A DNA stretch of 64,000 nucleotides. Source: the human T2T-CHM13v2.0 reference genome, Homo sapiens. Position 1 is the first letter of the stretch, and every line of letters begins with the position of its first letter. The stretch is from NCBI RefSeq assembly GCF_009914755.1, contig NC_060934.1; one strand, given 5' to 3'. Position numbers and translations under genes: made by a program. Shown one piece after another: positions 21,998-40,792 of the stretch. The notes under the pieces are model-generated. The model worked only from the letters and a program-made list of their open reading frames with translations, did not search any database and was not told the origin of the DNA.

Positions 21998-22384
21998 CTT
22001 CCCAGGACAGCTCCCATCCACGCTTCCCCAGGACAGCTCCCATCCACGCTTCCCCAGGACAGCTCCCATCCACGCTTCCCCAGGACAGCTCCCATCCACC
22101 CTTCCCCAGGACAGCTCCCATCCACCCTTCCCCAGGACAGCTCCCATCCACCCTTCCCCAGGACAGCTCCCATCCACCCTTCCCCAGGACAGCTCCCATC
22201 CACGCTTCCCCAGGACAGCTCCCATCCACGCTTCCTCAGGACAGCTCCCATCCACGCTTCCCCAGGACAGCTCCCATCCACGCTTCCCCAGGACAGCTCC
22301 CATCCACCCTTCCCCAGGACAGCTCCCATCCACCCTTCCCCAGGACAGCTCCCATCCACGCTTCCCCAGGACAGCTCCCATCCC
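21998..22384. repeat. 26-bp VNTR, about 15 copies
   Basis: Unit cttccccaggacagctcccatccac(g/c). Confidence 0.95.
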
Positions 22385-23325
22385 ACAGCCACACTCTCGG
22401 GCAGCTCTGACACTCCTCCCAACAGTAGGCTCACATTCCCTCCCTCTTCACCCCAGGGGGCTTCTGAGGTGGTGGAGGTAACACCCCGACTTCTGAACTG
22501 AGGGCCCCACCCCTGCCTCACTTCACTCTGCCCCTGCCCCCTCGACCCAGCCAGGACTGCAGCCCGTGGGGGGCCCACACCACAGGCGCCAGGCAGGCTA
22601 TGGGGTGGCAGCTTAGGCAGGTGCCTGAGTACACTGCCAGGTCGTTCTTCCTTGTCCCTAGTCCCCAAGGGATTAGAAGGGTTTCTGGCACTTCTGTGCT
22701 TCCTGAGATGACTCCCTGTTCTGTGGTTTTGGTGCCAGTAATTGATAAACCTCCAAAATGCTGCTGATTGGAGCATGTCCTCGCTCCTAACACTCAGACC
22801 TTCAACTCGGGCCTTTGCCTCTTCAATAAGACCCTCCACGGCCCCTCCACACGTGTCTCCACCTGTTGCCCAGGACGGGGAGTTTACGTTTGCTAACACC
22901 ATGGTTATTAAAGAGCTTTTCCGGGCTGCCTGACTTCAAAATCTGGAGAGCTTAGTGTTCTTTCTGCTTTAAGTTGAGTTGTAGCAGGAAATAAACAAAG
23001 TAAGGACTGCCCTATTCACTGGAATAACTTGAAACTGCACTGTTAATTAAAAAAAAAAGAACTCTAATCCTTTGAAAATCCTGGCAGAAAGGAAACTGTG
23101 TGAGGCCATTTGGAAACCTGGCCTTGAGTTCCTCCTCTCACTCCCACCTGAGGCGACTGTTTCCCCTCTCACGCCCGCCTGAGGCCACTGTTCCCCACTG
23201 GCTGAGCGTCCTTCCCTCCCACCCTGGCCCCTGCAGTTTGAGGCTCCCACTTCCTGCCCCAGTGCCTGCCAGGTGCCCCACAGAGGTGGGGACACAGGAT
23301 CTGCAGGACAGGAGGCTCCTGCCAG

Positions 23326-23513
23326 GTTTCCGGCTAATCCACCAAATGGGCACCTTTGCACAGCGGCTCTGGGAGCTGACTCAGATGGCAATGACTCCAC
23401 GAACCCTGACAGATTCCATCAAATTATACCCAAGCCAACCCCTACAGCTGAGCGTGACGGCAGCTTGGAGCTGGACGGACACCACAAACTACACAGTTAC
23501 GTTATGGGAGTAC
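23326..23513 (+). pseudogene. Candidate fossil exon with near-canonical EF-hand loop DSDGNDSTNPDR-F
   Basis: ctcctgccag|, loop at 23378-23413, donor GTACGT or GTATGA at 23510/23514. Confidence 0.6.
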
Positions 23514-23519
23514 GTATGA

Positions 23520-25380
<1,861 letters not shown>

Positions 25381-26449
25381 TAAAGTGCCCACTGGGTTGT
25401 CACTTGGATTTGCTCAACATCCACCCGGTGCTCCCCGCAGCCCTTGGGCTGAAGGGTCCCTGAGAGCTGACCTGTCTTGCTGGTCAGCTGCTCCCTGGCT
25501 TAGCTGGGTGCTTGCAAACCTGCCTCTTCTGGGACCTGACTATCTGACCACTGTCAGGCCCAGGGACACCGGCTGCACCTGGGCGCAGACACCCCGTGAA
25601 AGCACCTTGTTCCTCACGCTCAGTGCCTTGGCACGCACCACTACCTCTCCTGATGTTCTTCTCCTTTCTTCAAGGGACCTTTGAAATGTTTAAGCATCCT
25701 GCAGCCTAAGGCAGGTCCCTTTCTCTTGATGGCTGCCAAGAAAAGCACCTGTGTAGCCTTGCTGGGGATGTTGGTGCAGGTGTTATCCACCCACCAGGGA
25801 AGGCAGGGGCCTCTGCACACCCCACACCTCTGATTTATATCTTCCCCTAAAATTATGTCATAAACATCCTTCTTTGTTAGCACAAAAGTACCTGCCTCAG
25901 GTCTTCATAGCTCCACAGTCACCTGAAGGGACGGGTGAATCCGTTTAGCCGCTTTCTCTGCTGACCTCATCCAAGTCTCACCACCCAGTGTTTCTCCTGT
26001 AAATGGTACAGCTTCGCGTAGACACACTGACAACGTTCATGGGGGTCCACGTGGAGTCACAGGCCTGCTGCCCACATCACCCACTATGCCAGCTTGGACT
26101 TAAAGTACTTATCAGAGACTTCAGGTTGAACATGAAACATTAATTCTGAAAGAACAGAAAGAAACAAAACGCATTAGACCAGAAGGACAAAGAGCCCAGG
26201 AGGAGCAACTTCAGCCAGGATGGAGTGGCATTTGGAAGAGTGGAGTCTCTGGGCAGAGGAAGGACGCTCCGCCTGAGGTCCCCACAGGCAACGGCCCTGG
26301 GCTGGTGGTTGCCGAGTCCCTGGAGATGGCAGGGCAGGGCAGGTGGACTAGGTGTGGTTGACAGTGGGTGCTGGCTGAGTTTGGATATAGAGTTTGTGGT
26401 CCCAGGACACCTTCAGAGAAGTTTGGAAAATTTATTCCTGAAAATGTGA

Positions 26450-27989
<1,540 letters not shown>

Positions 27990-28449
27990 TCATTACCAAA
28001 TGATTGATGAATTAATTATGTAATTAACACGGTTAATTTCAGGGACCCCTTAGAGCATTGAGGACTCCACTCTGGCATGTAAGGAGCTGGGATGTCATCA
28101 TTTATATTCTCAGAACAAGAAAAAAGCACAACAATGTGAAAATCAACACCTTTTCTTTGGTCTGCCACAGAATCGAGGCATAGGGAAAAATCACTGCCCA
28201 AAGCCCCAGAGAGGCAGAACACAGAGGAGCACAGCAGGAGCGGAAGCCCCGTGTGGATCCAGCACCAGTAGGAACGCCAAACTGCCACTGATGCCTGCTG
28301 GAGTGTGGGAAGACAAAACCACCTACCTAAGTTCTGTGTCCAGTGAAATTACCTGAGGGGATTTGTTGTCAGTAGATCTGCCTTGCAAGAAATGTTAAAA
28401 GAAGTTCTTCAGAGAAGGAAAATGACGTAGGTCAGAAACTCATATTTCT

Positions 28450-29705
<1,256 letters not shown>

Positions 29706-29787
29706 TGCAAGGGAGAGGTCAAGGCTTAAAATAAGAATTTGGCTTCCTTGACACAGAGATGACTGTACTCAGTGACCCTCCTCCTGT

Positions 29788-30295
29788 CATGTGTGGGACA
29801 AACCTGTTAGCTTGGTGTGATACAAATCCTGTGATTATGCAATGTCATGTGGCAAAAGGGATTTATAGACGGAATCAAGGTCCCAAGCCAGTTGACTCAG
29901 TTAATCAAAAGAAAAATAATATCGAGTAGGCCTGACCCAATCAGGTAAGCTCTTGAAAAGCAAAATTTTCCTCTGGCTGGCCTCAAGGAAGAATGCAGAG
30001 ACCTAAGCTTTGAACTCCCACTGGCCAACAGCCAGCCAAAGCCAGGGACCTCCCTCAGACAACCACAGGGTCTGACTTCTGCCGTAGCCTCAGTGAGCTC
30101 GGAAGACCACCGGAACTCACTCCAGAGGAGACCACCTGAACTCCAGATGAGACCACCTGAACTCCGGACGCAGCCTCCCGAGACCCTGGGCAGAGGGCTG
30201 AGCTTCACGTGCACAGAATTCTGACCTACAGAAGCTGAGGTGGTAGCTGGATGTTGCTCTCCACTCTAAGCTTGCACTAAACTGTGCAGCAGTAG
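29788..30295. mobile_element. MLT1D/E-type LTR
   Basis: ggcaaaagggattt...ggcctgacccaatcagg...ttctgacctacagaagctg. Confidence 0.7.
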
Positions 30296-30884
30296 CGTTT
30301 CCCAGACTTGCCATTTCCTTTCTCCTTCTCCTTCCTCCAGCCTGTGGCCAGGTGCCTGCTCTCTGCACCCCACATACCATGGTAGTCCAGGCCTTGGTCC
30401 TCCCCCACCCCAGGATCACCACAGTGACCTGCTATTTTTAACCATATGTTTAAAATGGGGTAGGAAGACAGAAGCATGTCAAGTTCATGAAGCTTGAGTT
30501 CCAGAGACACCCTGACTTCACAAGTGAGTGACCGTGGATCTTTCTCACCCCATCATCTTCTTTCTTGGTTCATTTTCACCACGTGCTTCTTATCCACCAC
30601 GCTGCTATTCCTTGACATGTGCTCTGAGGACCAGCCATTGCACATGGCTTGGGGAGCTGGGGCCCTGCCTCCAACGTGCAGAATCTGAATGATCAGCACA
30701 GGGCTGGGCATTTGCGTGTTCTCCTGGGGGCTTTTGGATATATTAAAATGTCATAATTCCTCTGGTGTCTAAACAGAAGTGTGGGAAATAGAAAGATGAA
30801 TGGGTTATGGTCCCCATCTTCCAGGAGTTTACAAATTCAACCTAATAAAGGGGAAAAGATGCCTTCAGTGACAATGTAAGGGAG

Positions 30885-31538
<654 letters not shown>

Positions 31539-33289
31539 TGATCTGCCCGCCTCGGCCTCCCAGAGTGCTGGGATTACAGGCGTGGGTCACCATGCCCAGC
31601 CCAGATTCATTTTTTGAAATATGGTTTTAGTAATATTTTAGTAACATTAGTTATATCTGTTTTTTTTTTCCTGTGGGCTAGGGCACAGTCCCCAGAAATC
31701 TGTGGATTAGGGCCAAGGATAGACGAAGGAACCTGAAACCAGGATGTCAAACGCTGTTGGAGCAGATGATCAATTTGGGCTTCATAAAAACTGGAATGTG
31801 CTGAAGTTAGCAGAGGTCTGGCTCAATGGACATGTCAGACGTCAGAGGCCACGTCGATGTTAAAGGTCATGGGCCACAAAACGCAGGGTCCAAGCCTAAG
31901 CCCAGAGTAACACCGGGTTTCCTGACCCCTCTGAAGATAACGCTGTTGGCCCCGCTAACTAATGAGGGTGTTTGTGATGAAAAGGCGACAGTGGCCAGGA
32001 CTGTGCTGACTGTGGGGTGCCGGGGCTGCGGGGAGAGAGGGACCTCACCAGCTGTGTGTTTGTCATGGGCGTAGACAGCTCAGGACAGCACAGAACAGCA
32101 CAGCTCTGAGGCGGTGGACAAGATAAACACCTACTGTGGGGCCAGGCCCCACCAGGAGCCCTGGGAGTGAGGCTTATGGAACACTGACACACACTCAGTG
32201 TAGATGCACAGGCTGTGATGAATGACCCCAGGTGGGGCCTCCACCCAGGGCTGCCTTGCACGCTGAGGCCCGAGAGGGCTGCCTGGGAGCCATGCAGGGT
32301 CAGGCCGGGAGTGGACGGGGGACCTGCTAGGTCCTCGCGGCTCAGCACCCGCCTGCCTGTGGTCCACACAGTGCCAGTTTCCTTGGGAGAATGGGTCCTT
32401 CCAGCCGTGTGTCTGTGTCTGTCCTGCTGGGAGTGCCCGTGGGGCAAGGCCGGGCTGAGGGCCCCGCTCGGCTGTCGGCGTCTCCCACGGTGGTGCTCAG
32501 CGGAACGTCCCAAGGACAGAAGGCGGTGGTGCTGATTCACTTCCGAGGCACAATCAGAAACCCAGGTCCTGCCTGGACTCTGAGGCCCCCAAGGCCTGGG
32601 CTGGTTTCTCTGCCCTCATTTCCCCACCTCTGTGCGGCTCCTGGGTCATCTCAAAGACACGGTGCCCGCTCCCCCCCGTTTCTCGGTTACACAATTCGAA
32701 GGCGATCCGTATTTTCAAGCAGCTTACAGTCTGGTCGGAGACACCAAGAACGCAGCAGACGCGATGGAAGAATTAGCAACTGACAGATATTTGTATATAA
32801 GCAGAAACAAACTAAGGAAGAAAGGAAACATGCCATTTACAGGCATTTCTGCACTAACCAGGTGCTGATTAGTTACATAATCGATGAAACGGTTGTTTAT
32901 GCGCCAAGTCGTTCAAACATTTGTTAACTGGCACCTACTAGATACCAAGACCCGGCGCTGTGAAGAAAACATGGCAATGTCACACACTGGGAGATGCCTG
33001 CCTTCTGGGAGAGAGTTATGTCTGCTGCTTAACATGAGCAATAAACAAGTGACATTTTGGTTTAGAATCATCAACCGATTTATGTCAAACAAGCAAAGGA
33101 AGCAGCCATGGAAACAGAGCTCAGGCCCCTTCCCGGCAGTGGCTTTGCTGTTTAGGAGAGAGAGGCCTCATGGTGGACTCACTCATTATTTTAATTTATC
33201 CCTGTTTGGAGCATAACGTTGTTTGAAAAAGCAGAAAGGGACTTACGTGTAGATGAATTGAATACACAGTGGGTTCTTGTATGTGTGGG

Positions 33290-33292
<3 letters not shown>

Positions 33293-33328
<36 letters not shown>
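33293..33328. repeat. (TG)n microsatellite
   Basis: Uninterrupted tg run. Confidence 0.95.
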
Positions 33329-33330
<2 letters not shown>

Positions 33331-33971
33331 ATTTTATTTTGTTTCTATCTAAAAATCTCTCTAAAAAGACAGTAGAGGCAAGGAAGATAGAGAAGGAGAA
33401 AAAGAAGAAGGAGGCTGGGTGTGGTGGCTCACATCTGTGATTCCAGCACATCGGGAGGCCAAGGCAGGAGGATTGATTGAGGCCAGGAGTTCAAGACCAG
33501 CCTGGCTAACATAGTGAGACCCCATCTCTATAAAAAATTTTAAAAAATAGCTGGGCATGGTGGCGCACACCTGTAGTCCCAACTACTTAGGAGGCTGAGG
33601 TGGGAGGATCACTTAAGCCCAGGAGTTTGAGGCTGCAGTGAGCCATGATCGCACCACTGCACTCCAGCCTCATTGACAGAGCCAGACCCTGTCTCGATAA
33701 ACAGGAGGAAAGAAGAATGTGGCACAAGCCTTTGAGGACAAAAGGAACAGAAGAGGAGCCGTGGGAGCTGGGTCAGCAGTGTCCGCACATCCTACCGAGG
33801 AAGCCGAAGGCTGGTGGAGCTGCAGGCAAGCACATTTGCAGCTCAAACCCGAGAGGCACAGAACGGGAGTGTCAGCACCCATGGGTGTCGGGCGAAGGCA
33901 GGCCTGAAATAAAAGGCTTGCGGGAGACAGGGCAAGAAGCCTGCTCCTCCACCTCTCACAGAAGGTGAGTG

Positions 33972-34167
33972 ACCCCCACTGTGGCTGACGCCTGGAGAAG
34001 GTGTGTTCTCTGGACCACACAGAGAGAGGTAGGTTTCTCCTGGGATGGTTTGAGTCTGAGGCCACCCCCTCACCCCCACTGTGGCTGATGCCTGGAGAAG
34101 GTGTGTTCTCTGGACCACACAGAGAGATATCTCTCCTGGGATGGTTTGAGTCTGAGGCCACCCCCTC
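33972..34167. repeat. About 100-bp tandem duplication
   Basis: acccccactgtggctga(c/t)gcctggagaaggtgtg... at 33972 and 34072. Confidence 0.9.
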
Positions 34168-34479
34168 TTCCCCACTTGGCTCTCAGAACACTGGCAGCCA
34201 AAGGATTATCGTCTCCAAGACAAGGCGTTCGAACCCTTTCCTTTGAGGGATCTCATTCATCCACTTGGAAAGCCACAAAGATCCTAACAGGAAGGGGTCT
34301 CCGATGAGGCCTCCCCCCGGATCACGGAACAATGTGGCCACACACAGAGCTGCAGTCAGCCTGGTAGTGCCTGACTTGCTGGGTGGACAGCCCCAAATCT
34401 TCAGACTCCTGGGGAAAGCATCCACGGTCAAGTTCACACACAAACAGGACAAACGGAAAGCTATTCGGAGGAAATGGGC

Positions 34480-35120
<641 letters not shown>

Positions 35121-37122
35121 TAGTAGAAACAGGGTTTCAACATGTTGGCCAGGCTGGTCTCGAACTCCCGACCTCAGGCGATCCGCCCGCCTCAGCCTCC
35201 CAAAGTGCTGGGATTACAGGCAGGAGCCACCGCGCCCGGCCCTGTTTTCTATGTTCTAGAGCAGTGTTTTTGATGGACTGTGTTATCCCCTCATATGTGT
35301 GGTTCTGGCTCAGGAAATAGTCAAGCAGAGGCTTCTAGAAATGGATAAAAGATTGGATTCAATTCCCACTAAGATTCCTTCTGTCTCCAAGACCCTATAA
35401 TCCTTATGGCATGAAAACCTCATTAACATGAAACCTGGTAATTGGTAATTTGTACTAACCATACTGAGCTCAAGTTGGAGTGTGGCGTTGAGCTGATAAA
35501 AAGGCTTTCCCAGCAAGTAATGCTGCTTAAGAACAAACTGAGGTCAAACTTTATAAATGCACCATACAAGCAGTTTGTGTGATAATTAAAATAGTTCTTA
35601 GAGATAGTTTCCAAAGAATGTTTTTCTACTTAGCAACCCTTTATTAGCATATTTTTTGGTTACTGAATACACTTGACTTTTCCCTCATTCCACGGCCTTC
35701 CCTCCAATTAGCCTAAATTGATAGGGTTTTACCCCATGTGAGCATCTTGACTATCGCCGCAGAAAGAAGATGTGAATGAGGGTCCTCTAATCTAAGGAAC
35801 AAAGACAGGTCACTGAGGACGGAGACTGACTCCCACTTGGCTGTTGTCAATAGGATTTTCCTGAAAGCTCAGCCTCTGACAATTTCACGTGCTTTGTTGA
35901 TGATATCTCAAAGAGCGAACATTCCTTGAGCCACAAAGAAGAACTTGGCTGACGGAATGAAGTGATGGCAACATCGGGAGGAAATGCCATCTTCTTCAGA
36001 GTCTGGTAGCTGTGGGCGTGAGCGCCTTCGCGTATGATGGCTTCCTGCGCGACAGCAAGCACATCCTGGGGAAAGGGCTAGAAAGAGAATAGGCAGTTCT
36101 ATCTAACTGCAAATGCAATATAAATCACAGGATGCTGTGTCTGTGGAGAAAGCTGTTATGATCTTATGCTTTATTCATTGTGCATTCCCCGGAACAACAG
36201 CTATTCTCCAAGCCCTGTGACCTTCGGAGTCGGTAGAACACATCTTCCGTGTGCCCTTGGGCCTTGGCACCGTATCTTAAGAGAGACTTGGGCAGATAAG
36301 TGCAGACTGAGATAAGGTAAAACACCAGGAACTCTGTCTTATGAGGAATAGTGGAAGGAAATGGGAATAATTTCTGGATTGGATAGGATTTCAGGCAAAC
36401 ACGAAAGATCTTTTCAAATATTTGGGAGGAAAGTAAGGGGAAAAAATGGTTCCTTTTACGAGGTAGGCAGTGACAACCTGTATTGTGTCTTCCTCCATTT
36501 ACCTTCCCGGTTTGTTCTCCCATCTCCCAACTCCACTCCAAGTGACGGTTCAGACTTTGAATTCAGCTGCTGCGGGTGTTTTCCAGAAAGCTTGATGACA
36601 AGGGCTCTTCTTGACTTTTATAAAAGCTTGGAAGAATGTAGTGGTAGGGTAGATAGAGGAGTGATGTGTTTAAGAATTAGGAGAAAAGGCTCGGCACGGT
36701 GGCTCACACCTGTAGTCCCAGCACTTTGGGAGGCAGAGGTGGATAGATTACTTGAGGCCAGGAGTTTGAGACCAGCCTGGCCAACATGGCAAAATCCTGT
36801 GTCTACTAAAAATACAGAAATTAGCCAGGCGTGGTGGCACACGCCTGTAGTCCCAGTTACTCAGGAGACTAAGGCACAAGAATTGCTTGAACCAGGAGGC
36901 AGAGGCTGCAGTGAGCCAAGATTGCGTCATTGCACTCCAGCCGGAACAGCACAGCAAGACTCTGTCTCAAAAAAAAATAAAAGAAAATTAGGAGAAAAAG
37001 AACTGCTCTGGGAAGAAGGGAATGGAACTATCCCAAGATTAGAGGAAGGCTGACTCCCATTTTATGGAGATGTCCAAAAGAGAGGACCTCACATGCAGCT
37101 GACGGGAGTTCGTGACCTGCAT

Positions 37123-37216
37123 GCCCACATGGAAGGTAAGGGACCGTGAGCATTTTGGCAGTCATGAGCCCACATGGAAGGCAAGGGACCGTAAGCATTT
37201 CAGCAGTCATGAGCCC
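37123..37216. repeat. 45-bp tandem duplication
   Basis: gcccacatggaagg(t/c)aagggaccgt... at 37123 and 37168. Confidence 0.88.
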
Positions 37217-40200
37217 GGACTGACGCCTGCAGGAGGTCCCTGGGTGCTAGGCTCTGCCACAACTCCGGTGACCTCTTTGTTGTCCCAGGGCCGTCGGGCA
37301 GTGACTGGGAACTAATAACGACTGAGATGAAGTGTCGACACAATGCTGATGGAAGGAGGCTTAGACATGAATGGAAATTGACTTAAAGAAATTACTTTCT
37401 TGCATGCCTGTACTTATGGATTCGATGACTATACATTTATACAGCTCAAGGACAGATCAAGGACCAATGAGTAGAAGGTTCTGGAAGGAAGGTTTAGTTA
37501 CTGCAAAAAGAAATGTCTAAGCATTGTCACTCCCAGCAGTAGGAGAGTGCTTTTGGAAGCCGGAGCTCCTGCCACAGGGCAGAACACTAACACCCATCTT
37601 TCAGGGGCGTTTTAAGGGAAAATTCCATGATGGGTGTCACACACTGGATTAAGCAATATCTTCCACCCCTCCCAAATCTGGGGTTCTGTCATTCTATGAA
37701 TTATCAGAATCCCTGGCTCACAAGTGGGACTGGACTGAGTCTCTAAGAGCTTGTAAATATTTGCACAGCCGTCCTTTGAAAGCACTCATCGGGACTTCTG
37801 TGCCATAACACTCTGCCCTGAGTGACCACTGAAGTGTTTATTTTACTCTGGATCCTCGAATGGGTGACTGAATTCATTTGCAAACAGGGAAAATTCAGCC
37901 GTGTCAGCTTTGATTGCTCTCAAGGTCAGAGGTGTTGTTTTCTTTCTTGATGTGTAAGGAATGTGTTTTTTTCTTCTTATGGTAACTGTAAGACCGGACT
38001 GAGCATAAAGAGAGAAGACATTTGAAGTACATGTTGCAAGCAGAGCCGGAGGGATTAGGGGCAAAGGAAATGGAAGGCAGAGACTGAGAAGAGACAGTGG
38101 AAGTACTAAGGTTACTTCCCAGCCCAGCTGAGCGTTTTATGATGGATGTGTCAGGGCTCCAAGCGGTGGCCTTGGCTCCACTGCCCTGAGATTGCTCTGC
38201 TGCGTGTCAGAGGACATCATCAGTGTTTGCAAAATCCAATTAAAGCAGCATTAGTGCACACGGGCACACTGAGCCGCCCAGCACGTTTCATGCCCAGTCC
38301 CTCTGGCAGTTCTGCAAGCCCAGCCGCAGTTTTAGAAAAGAGTTATTTGGGTAAGCCTTTGGAACAGAATTTTTTCCTCCAATTTAAATCATTTTTCATT
38401 TTATTGAAAACTTCCAGAGCTCCATTTGGTTCTAATATCAAAGCAGGGAAAAGAAACTTTTCCTTCCTTTTTGTGACATGCTTATAAAAATTATTTTTGT
38501 CACTCTTAGGTGAATTATTAGCAAGTATGACGTAATGCTGCTGAGATGAAGCACAAGGACAGGGGAGATGCAAGGCAGGAAGGCTGGGCTCCCACCCCTC
38601 GCTCCTTACATGTAGAATGTGGAAATGAATCGCAGCTGTTACTGTTACGTAATCCAGGGATACTAGGAAGTAGAAGTGGCCCAAACTATTTTATAACAAT
38701 AGTAGGAAAAAACATTTTCCTCAATTTGTAAAGATTTCTGATTTTGATTATGTATCAGTCCATAATCTGCATGTACATCCACAGGGTGAAATTGTTTTGC
38801 ATAATCTGTTTTCGGCCACGGCAGAGTTGCCTGTACTGGAGGAACTCTCCTGCTAATAACGATGATAGCTTCTGTATTAGATATTAAAACAACAGTTTGA
38901 AGGCACTAGAGATCACCCAGAAGCTGACAGAAACTGGAAGGGCAAAACCCTTGCAAGGCGGGAGGCAAAGTGAACAAGCTTAGTGTAGCCACATGAGTCT
39001 ATTTGCTGAGGGCGCTTCCCAGTTCACGCAGGGTGTGTGAAGATAGAGTTCAAATGAGAAGTGCCAATGTTCTGAGCGCGGAGTCTGCTAGTGCCCCGGA
39101 GTTCACGTGCTGGAAGCTGAGTTGCTCTTGTAACCGTGTTGGGGCCTTTCTGAGATTAGGCCTGAGGCTTTGCCCCTGTGGATGGAATATGCTTTTGTGT
39201 CGGGAGTGGATTCGTTGTCGAGGGAGGTGGCTCCTGATAAGTTCATTCCCATTCCTCTCTCTCTTTATTTTTTTTTTGAGACGGAGTTTTGCAATTGTTG
39301 CCCAGGCTGGAGTAGTGCAGTAGTGCAATCTCAGCTCACTGCAACCTCTGCCTCCCAGGTTCAAGCGATTCTTCTGCCTCAGCCTCCTGAGTAGCTAGGA
39401 CTACAGGCATGTGTCAACACGCCTGGGTAATTTTTGTATTTTTAGTAGAGACAGGGTTTTGCCATGTTGGCCAGACTTGTCTTGAACTCCTGACCTCAGG
39501 TGATCTGCCTGCCTCGACCTCCCAAAGTGCTGGGATTAGAGGCGTGAGCAACCGCACCCAGCCTCTCTCTGTCTCTTGCACCCACTTCCACCAGGGGAAG
39601 GCCCTCACCAGATGCTGGCACCATGCTCTTGGACTTCCCAGCCTCCAGAAACATGAGCCAAAAAAACTTCTATTCCTTATGTATTACCCAGTCTGTGGAA
39701 TTGTGGCAGGACAGTCCACAGCTCTCATTCTATTCTCAGAGGGGTGACAGGTTCCAAAGGGGTTCATGTCCACTCATGTAGAAGCCAGAGGAAGACAGAT
39801 CACACAGCCACAGCGTCAGAGTTAGACCAAGAAAGGGGTGTTTAGAGACTTCCAAGCAATCATGAAACATTCCATTTCTATGTAAGCCGTTTGACTGGTA
39901 TGAAGTATGCACTTGCTGAGAATCAAACACTGAGAATATCAGGCATTCTACATTGAGATCTGATATTGACAAGTAAATGACATAAGGCAGAGAAAAGTAG
40001 TTAGAAAATAAAGAAGATGCAGCCCCAGGTAGCCGCATTCTTTCCCCTCTCCAAGGCCACACATGCTGCCCAGCAGGTCTTGGCATTACAGAGAATGCTG
40101 GCAGTTCTGTCTGTTGTTTGTTTGGAGGGCTCGCTGCTGAGCCACATCGAGTTTTCTGGAGACGCATCAGCTAAGCTACTGAAACCATGCTCAGTTCCTC

Positions 40201-40564
40201 CCCGTGCAGTAGGCGTTACCACTGTGATTCTGTGGGTGGGACAAAGAGGCAAGGAGGCTAATGGGAGAAGTCGAGGGGCAAGCACCCACTCAGTGCCCAC
40301 TCAGCTGCTGACCCTGTGCTGCGGGCTGCCTTTCTTGCAGAGAGTAAAGGAGCTCTGGTCTGGTGATGGAGGGGGATGTGCTATGAGAGTCCCACCTGCC
40401 AAAGCCCTGACGGAAATGGGCCCAGACTGCTGGTGAGTGCAGCAGGGACAACTCACCGGGGCAGGGGGAGCTCGCAGGGTGGCTGGGATAGCACAACCTC
40501 TTCCTCACACAGGGCATGGCACACCCCACTCCTATAAAACAACAACCATTCAGTTCTCACTTAA

Positions 40565-40792
<228 letters not shown>

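Noticed and set aside
21411-22902. 356-aa and 342-aa ORFs
   Set aside because: Their length comes from the stop-free 26-bp VNTR.
36361-37053. 230-aa ORF as an intact gene
   Set aside because: The second half is Alu-derived; the first half overlaps decayed exon-like sequence with no promoter or transcript support.
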